Positions 9,518-19,076 of a stretch of DNA of 64,000 nt are shown piece after piece (positions within the stretch are counted from its first letter, which is position 1; every line of letters starts with the position of its first letter). Both the position numbers and the translations under genes were made by a program. The DNA is from Candidatus Lustribacter sp. (GTDB lineage Bacteria > Vulcanimicrobiota > Vulcanimicrobiia > Vulcanimicrobiales > Vulcanimicrobiaceae). The stretch lies in assembly GCA_965277805.1 (NCBI GenBank), contig OZ255842.1, positions 3,744,001 through 3,808,000 on the forward strand, read 5' to 3'. Under the pieces are notes generated by a model, which was not told where the DNA came from, ran no database searches, and saw only the letters and a program-made list of their open reading frames with translations.

Positions 9518-10534
9518 GTGAAACGCATAGCAGTCGTTCTCCTCGCCTTCGCCCTCATTACGGGCAGCGGCGCTTCGGCCGCCGGACCGGCGGACCAAGC
9601 GCTGGAAGACACGGTCGTCTGGTACGGCACGCCCGGCACGCGCGCTTACGTGCAGCCGGCGCTCGACGTGTGGGCAAAACTTCATCCGCACACCGCTATC
9701 AACGTAGTAGAAGGCAACGGGCCCGATATTCTGGAGCGGGTCAATACCGAAGCACGCGCCGGACACCCGGTGGCCGACCTGATCACGCTCGGCGACCTGG
9801 CGATGTGGCAGCTCGCTTCGGTCAATGGCCTCGGTACGTACGCCCCCAATCTCGTGCCCAATGTACGCGCCGTCGTTCCGCGCATCAAGGATCTCGTCGA
9901 TACGCAGCACCGCTTCGTACCGACATATCTGATCCTCTTCGGCATGACGGTCAACACCAACGCGCTTGCGCCCGCGCAGCAGCCGAGCCGCTGGAGCGAT
10001 CTGCTCGATCCGAAATACGCCGGTCAAATCGGCATGCACGACATCGGCTTGCTCGGCGCGGGGCTCAGCCTCGTGATGGTCGGCCGCGCTACGCTCGGCG
10101 ATAACTTCTATCAGAACCTGGTGAGCAAACAGCGGCCGCGCACGTACGGCCGCGCCCCGGAGCTCGACGCCGCCGTGCAGAGCGGCGGACGCGCCATCGC
10201 GATCCCCTCGACGTATGCCAACGCGATGCAGGCCAAAGGCGCACCGATTCGCTGGATCGCGCCGAAAGACGGCGTGTTTTTCGTTGCCGTGTATACCGGC
10301 ATGGTGAAGAACGCGACGCACCCGCGCGCCGCCCAAGCGTTTATGAATTTTCTGCTCGACCGCGACACGCAGTCGGCGATCGCGGCGGCCAACTTGATAC
10401 CGGTGACGACGCTGGCCGCTTCACCGGTCGATCTCGCGAAACTGAAGTTCCTCGGCAAGGGATCGGTCACCGAAGATCAAGCCACGCATCTCGGCGACTG
10501 GTTAGCGATCGGCCAGCACCTCAAAGGCGAATAG
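9518..10534 (+). CDS. Extracellular solute-binding protein (Fe3+/thiamine-type ABC family)
   Basis: Signal peptide; WSDLLDPKYAGQI, PKDG, HPRAAQAFMNFLL motifs. Confidence 0.8.
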   Translation: MKRIAVVLLAFALITGSGASAAGPADQALEDTVVWYGTPGTRAYVQPALDVWAKLHPHTAINVVEGNGPDILERVNTEARAGHPVADLITLGDLAMWQLASVNGLGTYAPNLVPNVRAVVPRIKDLVDTQHRFVPTYLILFGMTVNTNALAPAQQPSRWSDLLDPKYAGQIGMHDIGLLGAGLSLVMVGRATLGDNFYQNLVSKQRPRTYGRAPELDAAVQSGGRAIAIPSTYANAMQAKGAPIRWIAPKDGVFFVAVYTGMVKNATHPRAAQAFMNFLLDRDTQSAIAAANLIPVTTLAASPVDLAKLKFLGKGSVTEDQATHLGDWLAIGQHLKGE

Positions 10535-10978
10535 TTGAGCGATCTGTTGCCGCTCGACGAGAGCCTCGATTTCCTGATTCGCGATACGCGTCGCGTGCTG
10601 CTGAAATCGATCGAAGCGCGACTGGCCAAAGACGGCATTCCGCTCGGCGCTTGGTTTCCGCTGCGCATCCTCTACGAAGAAGACGGGATCACGCAGCGCG
10701 AACTGAGCCGCAAACTCGGCTACTTAGATGCGGCAGCCGGCTCGATCGTCGAGGTCATGGAGAAGCTGAAACTCGTGCGCCGCCAGCGCAACGAAACCGA
10801 TCGCAGAAAGATCAACGTCTTTCTCACGCCGCTCGGCAAACGCATGGGCAAAAAAACAATCGATCACATGCGCGCCGTCAACGAACGAATCGCCCTCGGC
10901 CTCACCAAAACCGACGAAGAAACCCTGCGAACCCTCCTCCGCCAAGCCCACGACAACCTCACCCGCCCAACTGACTAA
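10535..10978 (+). CDS. MarR family transcriptional regulator
   Basis: ITQRELSRKL..LVRR..DRRKINVFLTPLG. Confidence 0.9.
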   Translation: MSDLLPLDESLDFLIRDTRRVLLKSIEARLAKDGIPLGAWFPLRILYEEDGITQRELSRKLGYLDAAAGSIVEVMEKLKLVRRQRNETDRRKINVFLTPLGKRMGKKTIDHMRAVNERIALGLTKTDEETLRTLLRQAHDNLTRPTD

Positions 10979-10984
10979 CTCCAT

Positions 10985-11006
10985 TGTCATCCCGAGCTTG
11001 TCGAGG
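10985..11006. repeat. REP-like element
   Basis: TGTCATCCCGAGCTTGTCGAGG between convergent marR genes. Confidence 0.85.
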
Positions 11007-11055
11007 ACAGCGATAGTCGTTGTCGCGCAGTGCTGCGCTGAAGCTCGCCAAGCCA

Positions 11056-11091
11056 CGCCTCGAGATGCCGAGCGCGCAGGCGCGAGGTGTT
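11056..11091. repeat. 36-nt REP-associated element, copy 2
   Basis: 33/36 identical to 117-152. Confidence 0.8.
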
Positions 11092-11105
11092 CTTACCGAC
11101 CTCGG

Positions 11106-11681
11106 TTAGGAGGCTTGTTGCGCTACGCCTACGACGACCTTGCGGGCGCGGCGGACTGAGGCGGCGGGGGGCTTTGTTTCTTCGAAGCCGCGGTTGATGG
11201 AGAGTAGCAGTTCCATGAGGTGGCGGCGATCAGCGGTTGAAACGTGGCGCAGCTTTTCTTCGATCATGCGGTGGTGCATCGGCGCAGCAACTTGCATCAG
11301 CTTGACGCCCTTCGGGGTGAGCTTGACGACGACGCTGCGCGCATCGCGCGGGTTCTTGGTTCGTTTGACCAGCCCGTCGCGCTCCAGCCGCTGGACCATC
11401 TGCGCGACGCTCGCATGCGTGGTATGCACGTAGAGACGGATTTCGTTCTGCGTCAGCGTGTAATCCGCACCGGCCGCATAGAGGGTGACCAGATGATTGT
11501 AACTGCCCGAGTTGAGCCCGAGGCCGGCGAGCCATCCGTTCGCCTCGTCGTTGATACGCTGTGCGAGCGCGCGGATGGCAAAGAATACGCGCGTCGAATC
11601 GCGATTATACTCCCCGGGAAACTGCTCTTCGAGCGGCTGGACCATCGCGTCGGTGAGAGCGAGTATCCTCTTGTCGGCCAT
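11106..11681 (-). CDS. MarR family transcriptional regulator
   Basis: RLERDGLVKR..DARSVVVKLTPKG; divergent from the hydrolase-Rieske-dioxygenase operon. Confidence 0.85.
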   Translation of the reverse strand: MADKRILALTDAMVQPLEEQFPGEYNRDSTRVFFAIRALAQRINDEANGWLAGLGLNSGSYNHLVTLYAAGADYTLTQNEIRLYVHTTHASVAQMVQRLERDGLVKRTKNPRDARSVVVKLTPKGVKLMQVAAPMHHRMIEEKLRHVSTADRRHLMELLLSINRGFEETKPPAASVRRARKVVVGVAQQAS

Positions 11682-11700
11682 CGGGATCAAATTCGCCGGG

Positions 11701-11729
11701 TTGCCGGGGTCGTCCGCCCCAGGTAAACT
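11701..11729 (+). promoter_or_regulatory. Sigma70-type promoter for the 11775-14949 operon
   Basis: TTGCCG-N17-TAAACT, followed by SD AAGGAG before ATG 11775. Confidence 0.6.
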
Positions 11730-11774
11730 CAGGCGCCATAGAAAAATTCTTCAACAACCATCAAGGAGAACCGC

Positions 11775-12632
11775 ATGTCCGCCACTCGTTCGCGCTACGT
11801 CATCGCCAACGGCATCCGCACGCACTACACCGAGGCAGGCGAAGACGGCCCCGTGGTGGTCTGCCTGCATGGCGGCGGCGCGGGTTCATCCGGTGACGCG
11901 GGCATGGGCGGACTGCTGCCCGAGTTGGCGCCGAACTTCCGCGTGCTCGCCATCGACGGCGTCGGCGGCTTCGGCCTGACCGACACGAACGCGCCGACGC
12001 CCTACGGCGTGCAGAGCCGCGTCGACCACCTCGAAGCGGTGCTCGATACGCTGATGATCGACAAGTTCATCATCTGCGGCAATTCTCAAGGCGCTTGGGT
12101 GGCCGCGAAATATGCGATCCTGCATCCTGACCGCGTGCAAAAGATGATGATTATCGGCAGCGCCACGATCGCGGCCGCGATGGGCATCCCCGAAGAGTTC
12201 ACGCCGGCGTTCAAAGCCTTGGCGAACTACGACTACACGCGCGACGGCATGAAGAAAATGCTCGAAGCGCTCGTGCACAACCATGCGAAGATCGACGACA
12301 AGCTGATCGAGGGCCGCTACGAATCGTCGGTTCGTCCGGGCGCGAAGGAAGCGCTAGCCGCGTTCCAAGTCGGCCACCGCTATCTGCAAAGCGACGTCAT
12401 GCGTTGGAACTTCGACATGCGCACGTCGCTGCCGGAACTCACCAAACACATCAAGACGGTCTCGGTGTGGGGTAAGGAAGATCAGATGGCGCCGGTCAAG
12501 GTCGGCCAGCAGCTCGAAAAACTGCTGCCCGACGTGAAATGGGAATACGTCGAGGGCGCCGGACATCAAGTGCAGACCGATCATCCCGAACGTCTCGCCA
12601 AGATCATTCTCGATCTCTCCAAGAGCAGCTAA
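11775..12632 (+). CDS. Alpha/beta hydrolase, meta-cleavage product hydrolase-like
   Basis: LHGGGAG, GNSQGA nucleophile elbow, WGKED, AGHQVQ. Confidence 0.85.
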   Translation: MSATRSRYVIANGIRTHYTEAGEDGPVVVCLHGGGAGSSGDAGMGGLLPELAPNFRVLAIDGVGGFGLTDTNAPTPYGVQSRVDHLEAVLDTLMIDKFIICGNSQGAWVAAKYAILHPDRVQKMMIIGSATIAAAMGIPEEFTPAFKALANYDYTRDGMKKMLEALVHNHAKIDDKLIEGRYESSVRPGAKEALAAFQVGHRYLQSDVMRWNFDMRTSLPELTKHIKTVSVWGKEDQMAPVKVGQQLEKLLPDVKWEYVEGAGHQVQTDHPERLAKIILDLSKSS

Positions 12633-12651
12633 AGCCGAACGAGGGCTCCGC

Positions 12652-13818
12652 ATGTTGACACGCGAGCAAAACGAACGCCTAACACGCGTCGGACCGGAAA
12701 CACCCGGCGGCAAGCTGTTGCGCCGTTATTGGCAAGCGCTCTGCCCGACGAAAGAACTCGCGCACGACGTCGACCGTAAGCGGATCCGCATCCTGGGCGA
12801 GGATTTGCTGCTCTTCCGCGATGCGCAAGGAACGATCCGCTGCGTGCAAGAGCGCTGTCCGCATCGCAGCGCGTCGCTCTACTTCGGGTTTGTCGAACCC
12901 GACGGTATTCGCTGCTGCTACCACGGCTGGAAGTTCGACTGCGTGAACGGACAGTGCGTCGAGCGTCCGTTCGAACCGGCGGCGCCGCACGCCGGCATCA
13001 AACTCAAGACGTATCCGGTGCAGGCGCTGGGCGGACTGCTCTTCGTCTACATGGGGCCCGATCCGGACAAAGCGCCGCTGCTGCCGCGCTGGGACGTGCT
13101 CGCGCGCGAGGACAAGGGCAAGAGCATTCTCGTGATGCCCGAGCATCATTGCAACTGGCTGCAGATTCAAGAAAACACCGCGGACTCCGTGCACACGTTC
13201 TATCTGCACGGTCATCGCGCGGCGGTGCTGAACGGCGGCGTGCCCGATCGCATCTCGGCGTACTTCTATCGTCCGATCAAAGCGTACGATTGGAAAACCT
13301 CGCACTGGGGCGTCGAGAAAATGGTCGAGTACGGCGGCGATCAAGCCGAACTCGAAGTGCGGCCGCCGCTGATCTTTCCGAATATTCTGCGTATCCCGGA
13401 AGGCCCGGTCGAAGCGCTGCACTTCCGCGTGCCGATCGACGATGAGTGGACGCGGATCATCTGGATCGGCCTCTACGCCGGCGTCCCCGGCGGCGAGATG
13501 GGCCCGGCCGACCAGGTCCCCTATACCTACGCCGTCGATCCGCCGGGCGTCACCGTCGAGACGGTCGACATCTCGACGTTTTACGGCCAGGACCGCGTCG
13601 TCTGGGAAACCCAGGGCGCGATTACCGACCGCTCGGTGGAGACGTTGGGCGCTTCGGATCGGGGAATCGTCCTTTTCCGCCGAATGCTGGCCGACCAGAT
13701 CGACAGAGTCGAGCGCGGCGAAGAGCCCGATGTTGCGGTGGTGCGCGATCCGGCGCAGAATGAATGCATCACCTTCGACGTCACGACACCGTGGTTTGAG
13801 ATGAGCAATGCTAGCTGA
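12652..13818 (+). CDS. Rieske non-heme iron oxygenase (phthalate 4,5-dioxygenase-like family)
   Basis: MLTREQNE N-terminus, CPHR..CCYHGW Rieske motif, ENTADSVHTFYLH iron motif. Confidence 0.9.
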   Translation: MLTREQNERLTRVGPETPGGKLLRRYWQALCPTKELAHDVDRKRIRILGEDLLLFRDAQGTIRCVQERCPHRSASLYFGFVEPDGIRCCYHGWKFDCVNGQCVERPFEPAAPHAGIKLKTYPVQALGGLLFVYMGPDPDKAPLLPRWDVLAREDKGKSILVMPEHHCNWLQIQENTADSVHTFYLHGHRAAVLNGGVPDRISAYFYRPIKAYDWKTSHWGVEKMVEYGGDQAELEVRPPLIFPNILRIPEGPVEALHFRVPIDDEWTRIIWIGLYAGVPGGEMGPADQVPYTYAVDPPGVTVETVDISTFYGQDRVVWETQGAITDRSVETLGASDRGIVLFRRMLADQIDRVERGEEPDVAVVRDPAQNECITFDVTTPWFEMSNAS

Positions 13819-13833
13819 GCAGAGGAGCCGCTG

Positions 13834-14949
13834 ATGGGCGAAATTCTTGGTCTGGGCCTGAGCCACTATCCCGGGCCGGTCGCGCCGCCCAAACATTGGT
13901 CGCGCATGATTCAGCGCAACATGGAAGTCGGCCGCATCCCCAAGGATCTCTACGAAGACAAATCGCGCTGGCCCAAGGCGATGCTCGAGGAGATGAGCGA
14001 CGACAACGGTCTCGCCGCGGCCGAGGAACATCGCGACCGGCTGCTGGCCGGCTACGTCGTTTTGCGCGAAGCGCTGGATGCGTTCAAGCCCGACGTCGTG
14101 CTGATCTGGGGCGACGATCAATTCGAGAATTACAAGAAGACGTGCGTACCGGCTTTCGCGCTCGGCATTTTCGATGAGCTCGACGTGCGCCCGTTCGGCG
14201 GCGGTAAGCAAGTCTTTCAAACGACCGAGAACGTGTGGAACCTCGCGCCGGAGACGCCGCTGCACGTGCGCGGTCACCGCAAGGCGGCATCGCAACTCGC
14301 GCGGCACCTGATCGAAGATCAGTTCGATATCGCCTACTCGCTCGAGTTCGGCCACCCGGCCGGCCTCGCGCATTCGTTCAACAACACCGTGCTGTATCTC
14401 GATTACGAGGCGCACGGCGATCGCTTTCCCTACCCGATCATTCCGTGTCACGTGAACTGCTACGGCAGCGATCTGATGAAGACGGCCGCCGGCATGATCG
14501 GCGAGGGCGAGAACGTGCTCTCACCGCCGGCGCCGACGCCGCGCCGGTGCTTCGATCTGGGCGCGAGCGTGGCGCGGTTCTTTGCCGCGAGCCCGTGGCG
14601 CGTCGCACTGATCGGCTCGTCGAGCTGGTCGCACGGTTCGCTCACGAAAAAGCACGGCCGCTTGTATCCCGATCTCGACGCCGATCAACGCCGCCTGGCG
14701 GAATTGCAGAACGGCGAGTTCCGCAACTGGGGCAAACTCACCGAAGCGGAAATCGACGATACGGGTCAGCATGAGCTGCTGAACTGGATCTGCCTGGCCG
14801 GCGCGATGTCGGAGCTCAACCGTTCGGTCGAGATCGTCGACTTCGTGCCGAGCTACATCTTCAATTCATCGAAATGCTTCGCAGCATTCCCGCCGGCGGG
14901 TTTGAAAATCGGCTCCGTCGGAGCGTTGGCGGCGTCAGCGCCCGCCTGA
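13834..14949 (+). CDS. Class III (LigB-like) extradiol ring-cleavage dioxygenase
   Basis: LGLSHYP, DVVLIWGDDQ, SSWSH, GQHELLNW motifs. Confidence 0.75.
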   Translation: MGEILGLGLSHYPGPVAPPKHWSRMIQRNMEVGRIPKDLYEDKSRWPKAMLEEMSDDNGLAAAEEHRDRLLAGYVVLREALDAFKPDVVLIWGDDQFENYKKTCVPAFALGIFDELDVRPFGGGKQVFQTTENVWNLAPETPLHVRGHRKAASQLARHLIEDQFDIAYSLEFGHPAGLAHSFNNTVLYLDYEAHGDRFPYPIIPCHVNCYGSDLMKTAAGMIGEGENVLSPPAPTPRRCFDLGASVARFFAASPWRVALIGSSSWSHGSLTKKHGRLYPDLDADQRRLAELQNGEFRNWGKLTEAEIDDTGQHELLNWICLAGAMSELNRSVEIVDFVPSYIFNSSKCFAAFPPAGLKIGSVGALAASAPA

Positions 14950-15525
14950 CGGGCAAATAACCACCGTGTCCGGTCCGGCGAACGGCGGCGGCAACGCGTC
15001 TTGCCGCAAGCCGTGTTCTGCGGCGCGGTCGTAGGCGGTCTGATCGGCGTTCACACGCACGGCGGCAGCATTGCCGTGTTGCTTTGCCACCTCGAGATAT
15101 GCGGAGGTGCTTGGCGCGCTAAACTGCGGTTCCGCGTTGATCGCGTCAAGCGTCGTCAGAAGCGTGCGCACGTGACCGATCTCATGCCAGAGCGTGGCGC
15201 GATAAATTTTGCGCAGGGACTCGGCACCGGCGGCCGACATGCGGTCCCAGGAGTACGCGGTCAGTTCGATGCGCGCGTCGAGCACGCGCACGACGAGTTG
15301 CCCGGTATAGCCCTCAGCGGACGCGAGCGATTGCGTCGACTGCCAGCCCGTCTCGAGGCGCGTCACGCCCGCACCGTCTTGGGTGGACTGCGCGCCGAGG
15401 TCCGCACACGAACTCACGGTTGCGTGCGACCAGACGATCGGCACGGTCAGGTTGCCGATCATCATCGCGCCCTCGACGCTGGGGTCGGCGCACATCGCAA
15501 ACGTCAGCATGGTGCAAAGGAGCAT
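14935..15525 (-). CDS. Hypothetical exported protein with HExxH (DUF922-like putative Zn peptidase)
   Basis: LWHEIGHV motif followed by Q..YD..HG; hydrophobic N-terminus. Confidence 0.5.
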   Translation of the reverse strand: MLLCTMLTFAMCADPSVEGAMMIGNLTVPIVWSHATVSSCADLGAQSTQDGAGVTRLETGWQSTQSLASAEGYTGQLVVRVLDARIELTAYSWDRMSAAGAESLRKIYRATLWHEIGHVRTLLTTLDAINAEPQFSAPSTSAYLEVAKQHGNAAAVRVNADQTAYDRAAEHGLRQDALPPPFAGPDTVVICPSGGR

Positions 15526-15543
15526 AGCTGACCGGCCTCTTCG

Positions 15544-15837
15544 TCAGCGCGGGGCTTGCGTCCGGTGAAAGGCGTAGGCGGTAAGGTGTTCGGCCACGGT
15601 GGTGACGATGCGCGAAATGCTCATCGGGCTCAACGCGAAGATCTTGCTCCGGACGAGACGGTCGCCGCTCATCAACTCCACGAGCACGCCGGTTGATCCT
15701 GACGGACTGATCGCTACGGCTTCGCGCCCGCGCGTCCACTCGCAACTCTCGCCGCTGAGCTCGCGCACGCTGCCGTGCAGGCGCGGCTCTGCCTCGAGTT
15801 GCTCATCGACGAGCGCACGAAGTTCCGGAAACGTCAT
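15544..15837 (-). CDS. Hypothetical protein
   Basis: 97-aa ORF co-oriented with its neighbours and filling the gap. Confidence 0.55.
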   Translation of the reverse strand: MTFPELRALVDEQLEAEPRLHGSVRELSGESCEWTRGREAVAISPSGSTGVLVELMSGDRLVRSKIFALSPMSISRIVTTVAEHLTAYAFHRTQAPR

Positions 15838-15904
15838 GCCGTTTAGTTACGCAAGCAACGTGCGATAACCGTTTGCCGAACTTGTCGGGTGCTCAACCGT
15901 CGAC

Positions 15905-16204
15905 CTATCCGAAGCGGTAGCAGCCGGCAGGGTCGACGGAGAGCGTGCGTGAGCCGAACGCCACTTCGCGAACGCGATGGTCCCAGTAGGCAAGCGTGCG
16001 AACCACGACGGGAACGACGTTCGCAATGAACGCGCGAGCGCGTGACGAGATGGAGACGACGTCGCGCTGCCATTGCGGATGATCGGATGGGAGGTCGGGT
16101 AGACCGTTCGCTTCGGCGTCAATCGGCGGCAGCGCGGGGACGACCGCGAGCGGGTAGACGAGCGCGGGGTCGACCGGCACGAGCGAGGAGGAGGTTTCGT
16201 TCAC
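15905..16204 (-). CDS. Hypothetical Pro-rich protein
   Basis: GTG start overlaps the sigma-factor stop (GTGA). Confidence 0.45.
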   Translation of the reverse strand: MNETSSSLVPVDPALVYPLAVVPALPPIDAEANGLPDLPSDHPQWQRDVVSISSRARAFIANVVPVVVRTLAYWDHRVREVAFGSRTLSVDPAGCYRFG

Positions 16205-16860
16205 GCGAGTGTGTGCCGCAGGCGGTGGATGGCGGCGATGTGCAGTTGCGAAACGCGTTGCGGTGAGACGCGCATCTTTTCGCTCAGTTCGCGCAGCGGC
16301 TCCTCGGCGAAGTAGTGCGCGACGAGCACGTCGCGCTGCCGTCGCGGCAGCGCTTTGATGGCGGTGTGGATGCGGTGACGTTCTGCCTTCGCAATCACGG
16401 CCTCGGCCGGGTCTTCGCCGCCGCATGGGGCGCCGCCCGAATCGGGCGGAAGCGGGGCGTCGAGTGAGAGCGGCGAGCCGCGGTGCGCGTCGGTTCGCGC
16501 GCGGCTGAGGAGCGGAAAGCGCGTTTCCAGCTCCGCCGAGGTGGGCAACGCGCCGTGTTCGACGGCGAGCGCGTACCGTTCGCGTTCGGCAACGCGAATC
16601 ACGCGCCGCACGCGTTCGCTGACGGGATCGAGGCGGCGCACGCCGTTGAGCATCGCGCCGAGCGCGACACGGCGCGCGTATTGCTCGAGCGACGTGCCGA
16701 GCGTCGGATCGAAACCGTCGACGGCGCGGATGATTCCGACGCAGCCGTCACCGATGAGATCGTCCAGATCCGCACCCGGCACCAGGCGTACGATCCGGCG
16801 CGCAATCCGGCGCACCAGCGGCACGAGCCGGCGAATCGCGTCCGCGCGATCTTCGCTCAC
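16201..16860 (-). CDS. FliA/WhiG-like (sigma-28 group) RNA polymerase sigma factor, divergent
   Basis: PLVRRIA..DLDDLIGDG..FDP..GAML region 2; LPRRQR..RVSQLH..AIHRLR region 4. Confidence 0.85.
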   Translation of the reverse strand: MSEDRADAIRRLVPLVRRIARRIVRLVPGADLDDLIGDGCVGIIRAVDGFDPTLGTSLEQYARRVALGAMLNGVRRLDPVSERVRRVIRVAERERYALAVEHGALPTSAELETRFPLLSRARTDAHRGSPLSLDAPLPPDSGGAPCGGEDPAEAVIAKAERHRIHTAIKALPRRQRDVLVAHYFAEEPLRELSEKMRVSPQRVSQLHIAAIHRLRHTLA

Positions 16861-17051
16861 GGCTTCGCCCGCACGAAAAGCGAATCGGCGATCGAATCAA
16901 TTGCGGTTTCGCCGACGGGACCGATGCCTTCGGCTAGGGGCTTGAGGATCTCGCGAAAGACGATCGCTTCGATCGCATCGGTCGCGAACGTCGACGGGTC
17001 TCGCTCGGTCGCGATGGCCGGCGGCTGGACCCCGGTAACCTGCGTTGCCAT
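16857..17051 (-). CDS. Small protein resembling the FlgJ N-terminal rod-binding region
   Basis: IEAIVFREILKPL resembles FlgJ FEa+F+..MLK.M; coupled to the sigma gene by GTGA. Confidence 0.4.
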   Translation of the reverse strand: MATQVTGVQPPAIATERDPSTFATDAIEAIVFREILKPLAEGIGPVGETAIDSIADSLFVRAKP

Positions 17052-17099
17052 TCTGCCGCCATTACAGCAGGCGCAGATTGCCGGAAAGCGACGAGAAAG

Positions 17100-18278
17100 C
17101 TACCGGCGTGCTCTACGTTCGAGTGCCTCTTGCAGGCGGGTGAGTGCCTCGCGCAAGTTCGCGCTCGCGGTGGCATATGAGATGCGCAAGTGGCCTTGGC
17201 CGGCCGGTCCGAACGATGAACCGCCGAGCAGTGCGACGCCGGCCTCTTCCAGCAGCATACGGGCCAACGCCACATCGTCGGCCTCGATCGCTGCGATGTT
17301 GGGAAACGCGTAGAACGCTCCTCCGGGCAGTGCGCATTGCACGCCCGGCAACGCGTTGAGTCCGTCGACGATCAGATCGCGGCGGCGTTGCAGGCGTTCA
17401 CCCATTGCCACGACATCTTGCTCACCGCCCTTCAGAGCCGCAATTCCGGCAATTTGCGTGAAGGTCGCAACGCACTGATAGGTGTTGTTCGCGAGCAGCG
17501 TCAGTGCGCGGGCGACGGCCGGCGGCGCGATGCAGTAGCCGAGCCGCCAGCCCGTCATCGCATACGCTTTCGAGAAGCCGTCGATGACGATCGTGCGCTC
17601 TTGCATGCCGTCGATCTGCGCGATCGACGCGAACGCTCCGTAGACGTTGCGGCTGTAGATCTCATCGGAGACGATCGCGAGATCGTGACGCAGCGCGAGG
17701 TCCGCGACAACTTCGAGGTCTGCGCGCGTCATCACGCCGCCGGTCGGATTGTGCGGGCTGTTGAGCACGATGGCGCGCGTCCGCGGCGTGATCGCAGCGC
17801 GCAACTCGTCGAGATCGGGCCGCCAGTCGCGGGCTTCATCGAGCCGAAACGTGACGGCGCGCGCGCCGAGATACGCTGCCGCGGCGCGATACGCGGGATA
17901 GGCCGGATCGGCGAACACGACCTCATCGCCCGGATCGAGCAACACCGCGAACACGTTCCAGAGCAACGGCTTCGCGCCGGGTCCGACGATGACGTTTTCG
18001 GTCGCGTAAGTTTTGAGGCCGCGGAAACGCGCGGCGTCGAGCGCGATGGCTGCGCGCAGATCGGGCAGACCCGGCACCGGCGCGTAGTGCGTGAAGTGCT
18101 CGTCGAGCGCCGTCTTCGCAGCGGCCGTGATGTGGGCTGGTGTGTCGAAGTCGGGTTCGCCGATGTCGAGGCGCACGACGCTGCGGCCCTCGCGTTGAAG
18201 CTGCTGCGCGCGCATCATCAATTCGACCGTGTCTTCGTTGCGAAAGGCCGCAGCCGCGCGCGAGAGTCGCGCCTCCAC
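17100..18278 (-). CDS. PLP-dependent aminotransferase class I/II
   Basis: IGEPDF, NSPHNPTG, SDEIY, DGFSKAYAMTGWRLGY. Confidence 0.92.
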   Translation of the reverse strand: MEARLSRAAAAFRNEDTVELMMRAQQLQREGRSVVRLDIGEPDFDTPAHITAAAKTALDEHFTHYAPVPGLPDLRAAIALDAARFRGLKTYATENVIVGPGAKPLLWNVFAVLLDPGDEVVFADPAYPAYRAAAAYLGARAVTFRLDEARDWRPDLDELRAAITPRTRAIVLNSPHNPTGGVMTRADLEVVADLALRHDLAIVSDEIYSRNVYGAFASIAQIDGMQERTIVIDGFSKAYAMTGWRLGYCIAPPAVARALTLLANNTYQCVATFTQIAGIAALKGGEQDVVAMGERLQRRRDLIVDGLNALPGVQCALPGGAFYAFPNIAAIEADDVALARMLLEEAGVALLGGSSFGPAGQGHLRISYATASANLREALTRLQEALERRARR

Positions 18279-19058
18279 TACATCTCCGTGCGCAGGCTGA
18301 GGAGTTCGGGAAAGAAGCTCTTCTCGAGCCGCTTCGCCAGATACGCCGCGCCGGCCGTGCCGCCCGTGCCGCGGCGGAAGCCGATCACGCGCTCGACCGT
18401 CTTGAGGTGCGCGAAGCGCCACTTCTGGAAGCGGTACTCCACGTCGACGAGCTTTTCGGCCAGCTCGTAGAGATCCCAGTAGCGATCGATGTCATGGTAG
18501 ACCTGCAGCCAGACCGCTTCGACCTTCCGCACTCGGTACATACGGCAGCGTCCAATCGCGCGCCAGCGCTTCGGCCGGGATGGCGAACCCGCGCCGCGCG
18601 AGCAGCTGCAGCGTTTCATCATACAAGCTCGGTGCCCGCAGGGCAGCTTGCAAGTCCGCGTAGTGCGCGGGATCGTCGCGATGCATTTCGAGCATCGCTG
18701 CATCTTTGCCACCGAGCAGAAACTCGAGTAGCCGGTACTGATGCGACTGCAAGCCGGAACTCGTGCCGAGCGTTCCGCGAAAACGCAGGTAGTCGGCCGG
18801 CGTCATCGTGGCCAGCGTCTCCCACGACTCGGTCATGTGCGACTGAACGCGGCCGACGCGCGAGAGCATCTTGAACGCCGGCGAGAGATCGTCGTCGTGA
18901 ACGTGTTGCACGACGGCGCGGAGCTCGTGGATGCAGAGCTTCATCCAGAGTTCGGTCGTCTGGTGAATGATGACGAAGAGCAGCTCGTCGTGTTCGCCGG
19001 AGAGAGGCTCCTGACAAGCCAGTAGTTCGGGCAGCTGCAGGTACTCGCTGTAGTTCAT
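18278..19058 (-). pseudogene. kynA: Tryptophan 2,3-dioxygenase with a single-base frameshift (pseudogene or assembly error)
   Basis: HDELLFVIIHQTTELW and SSGLQS in one frame; WRFAH..VERVIG..GTGGT..FPEL in another; one extra base near 18523-18527. Confidence 0.85.
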
Positions 19059-19076
19059 GCGTGCCCTGCTGGACCC

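Noticed and set aside
18515-18535. Programmed frameshift in kynA
   Set aside because: No slippery heptamer, homopolymer run or evident stimulatory structure.
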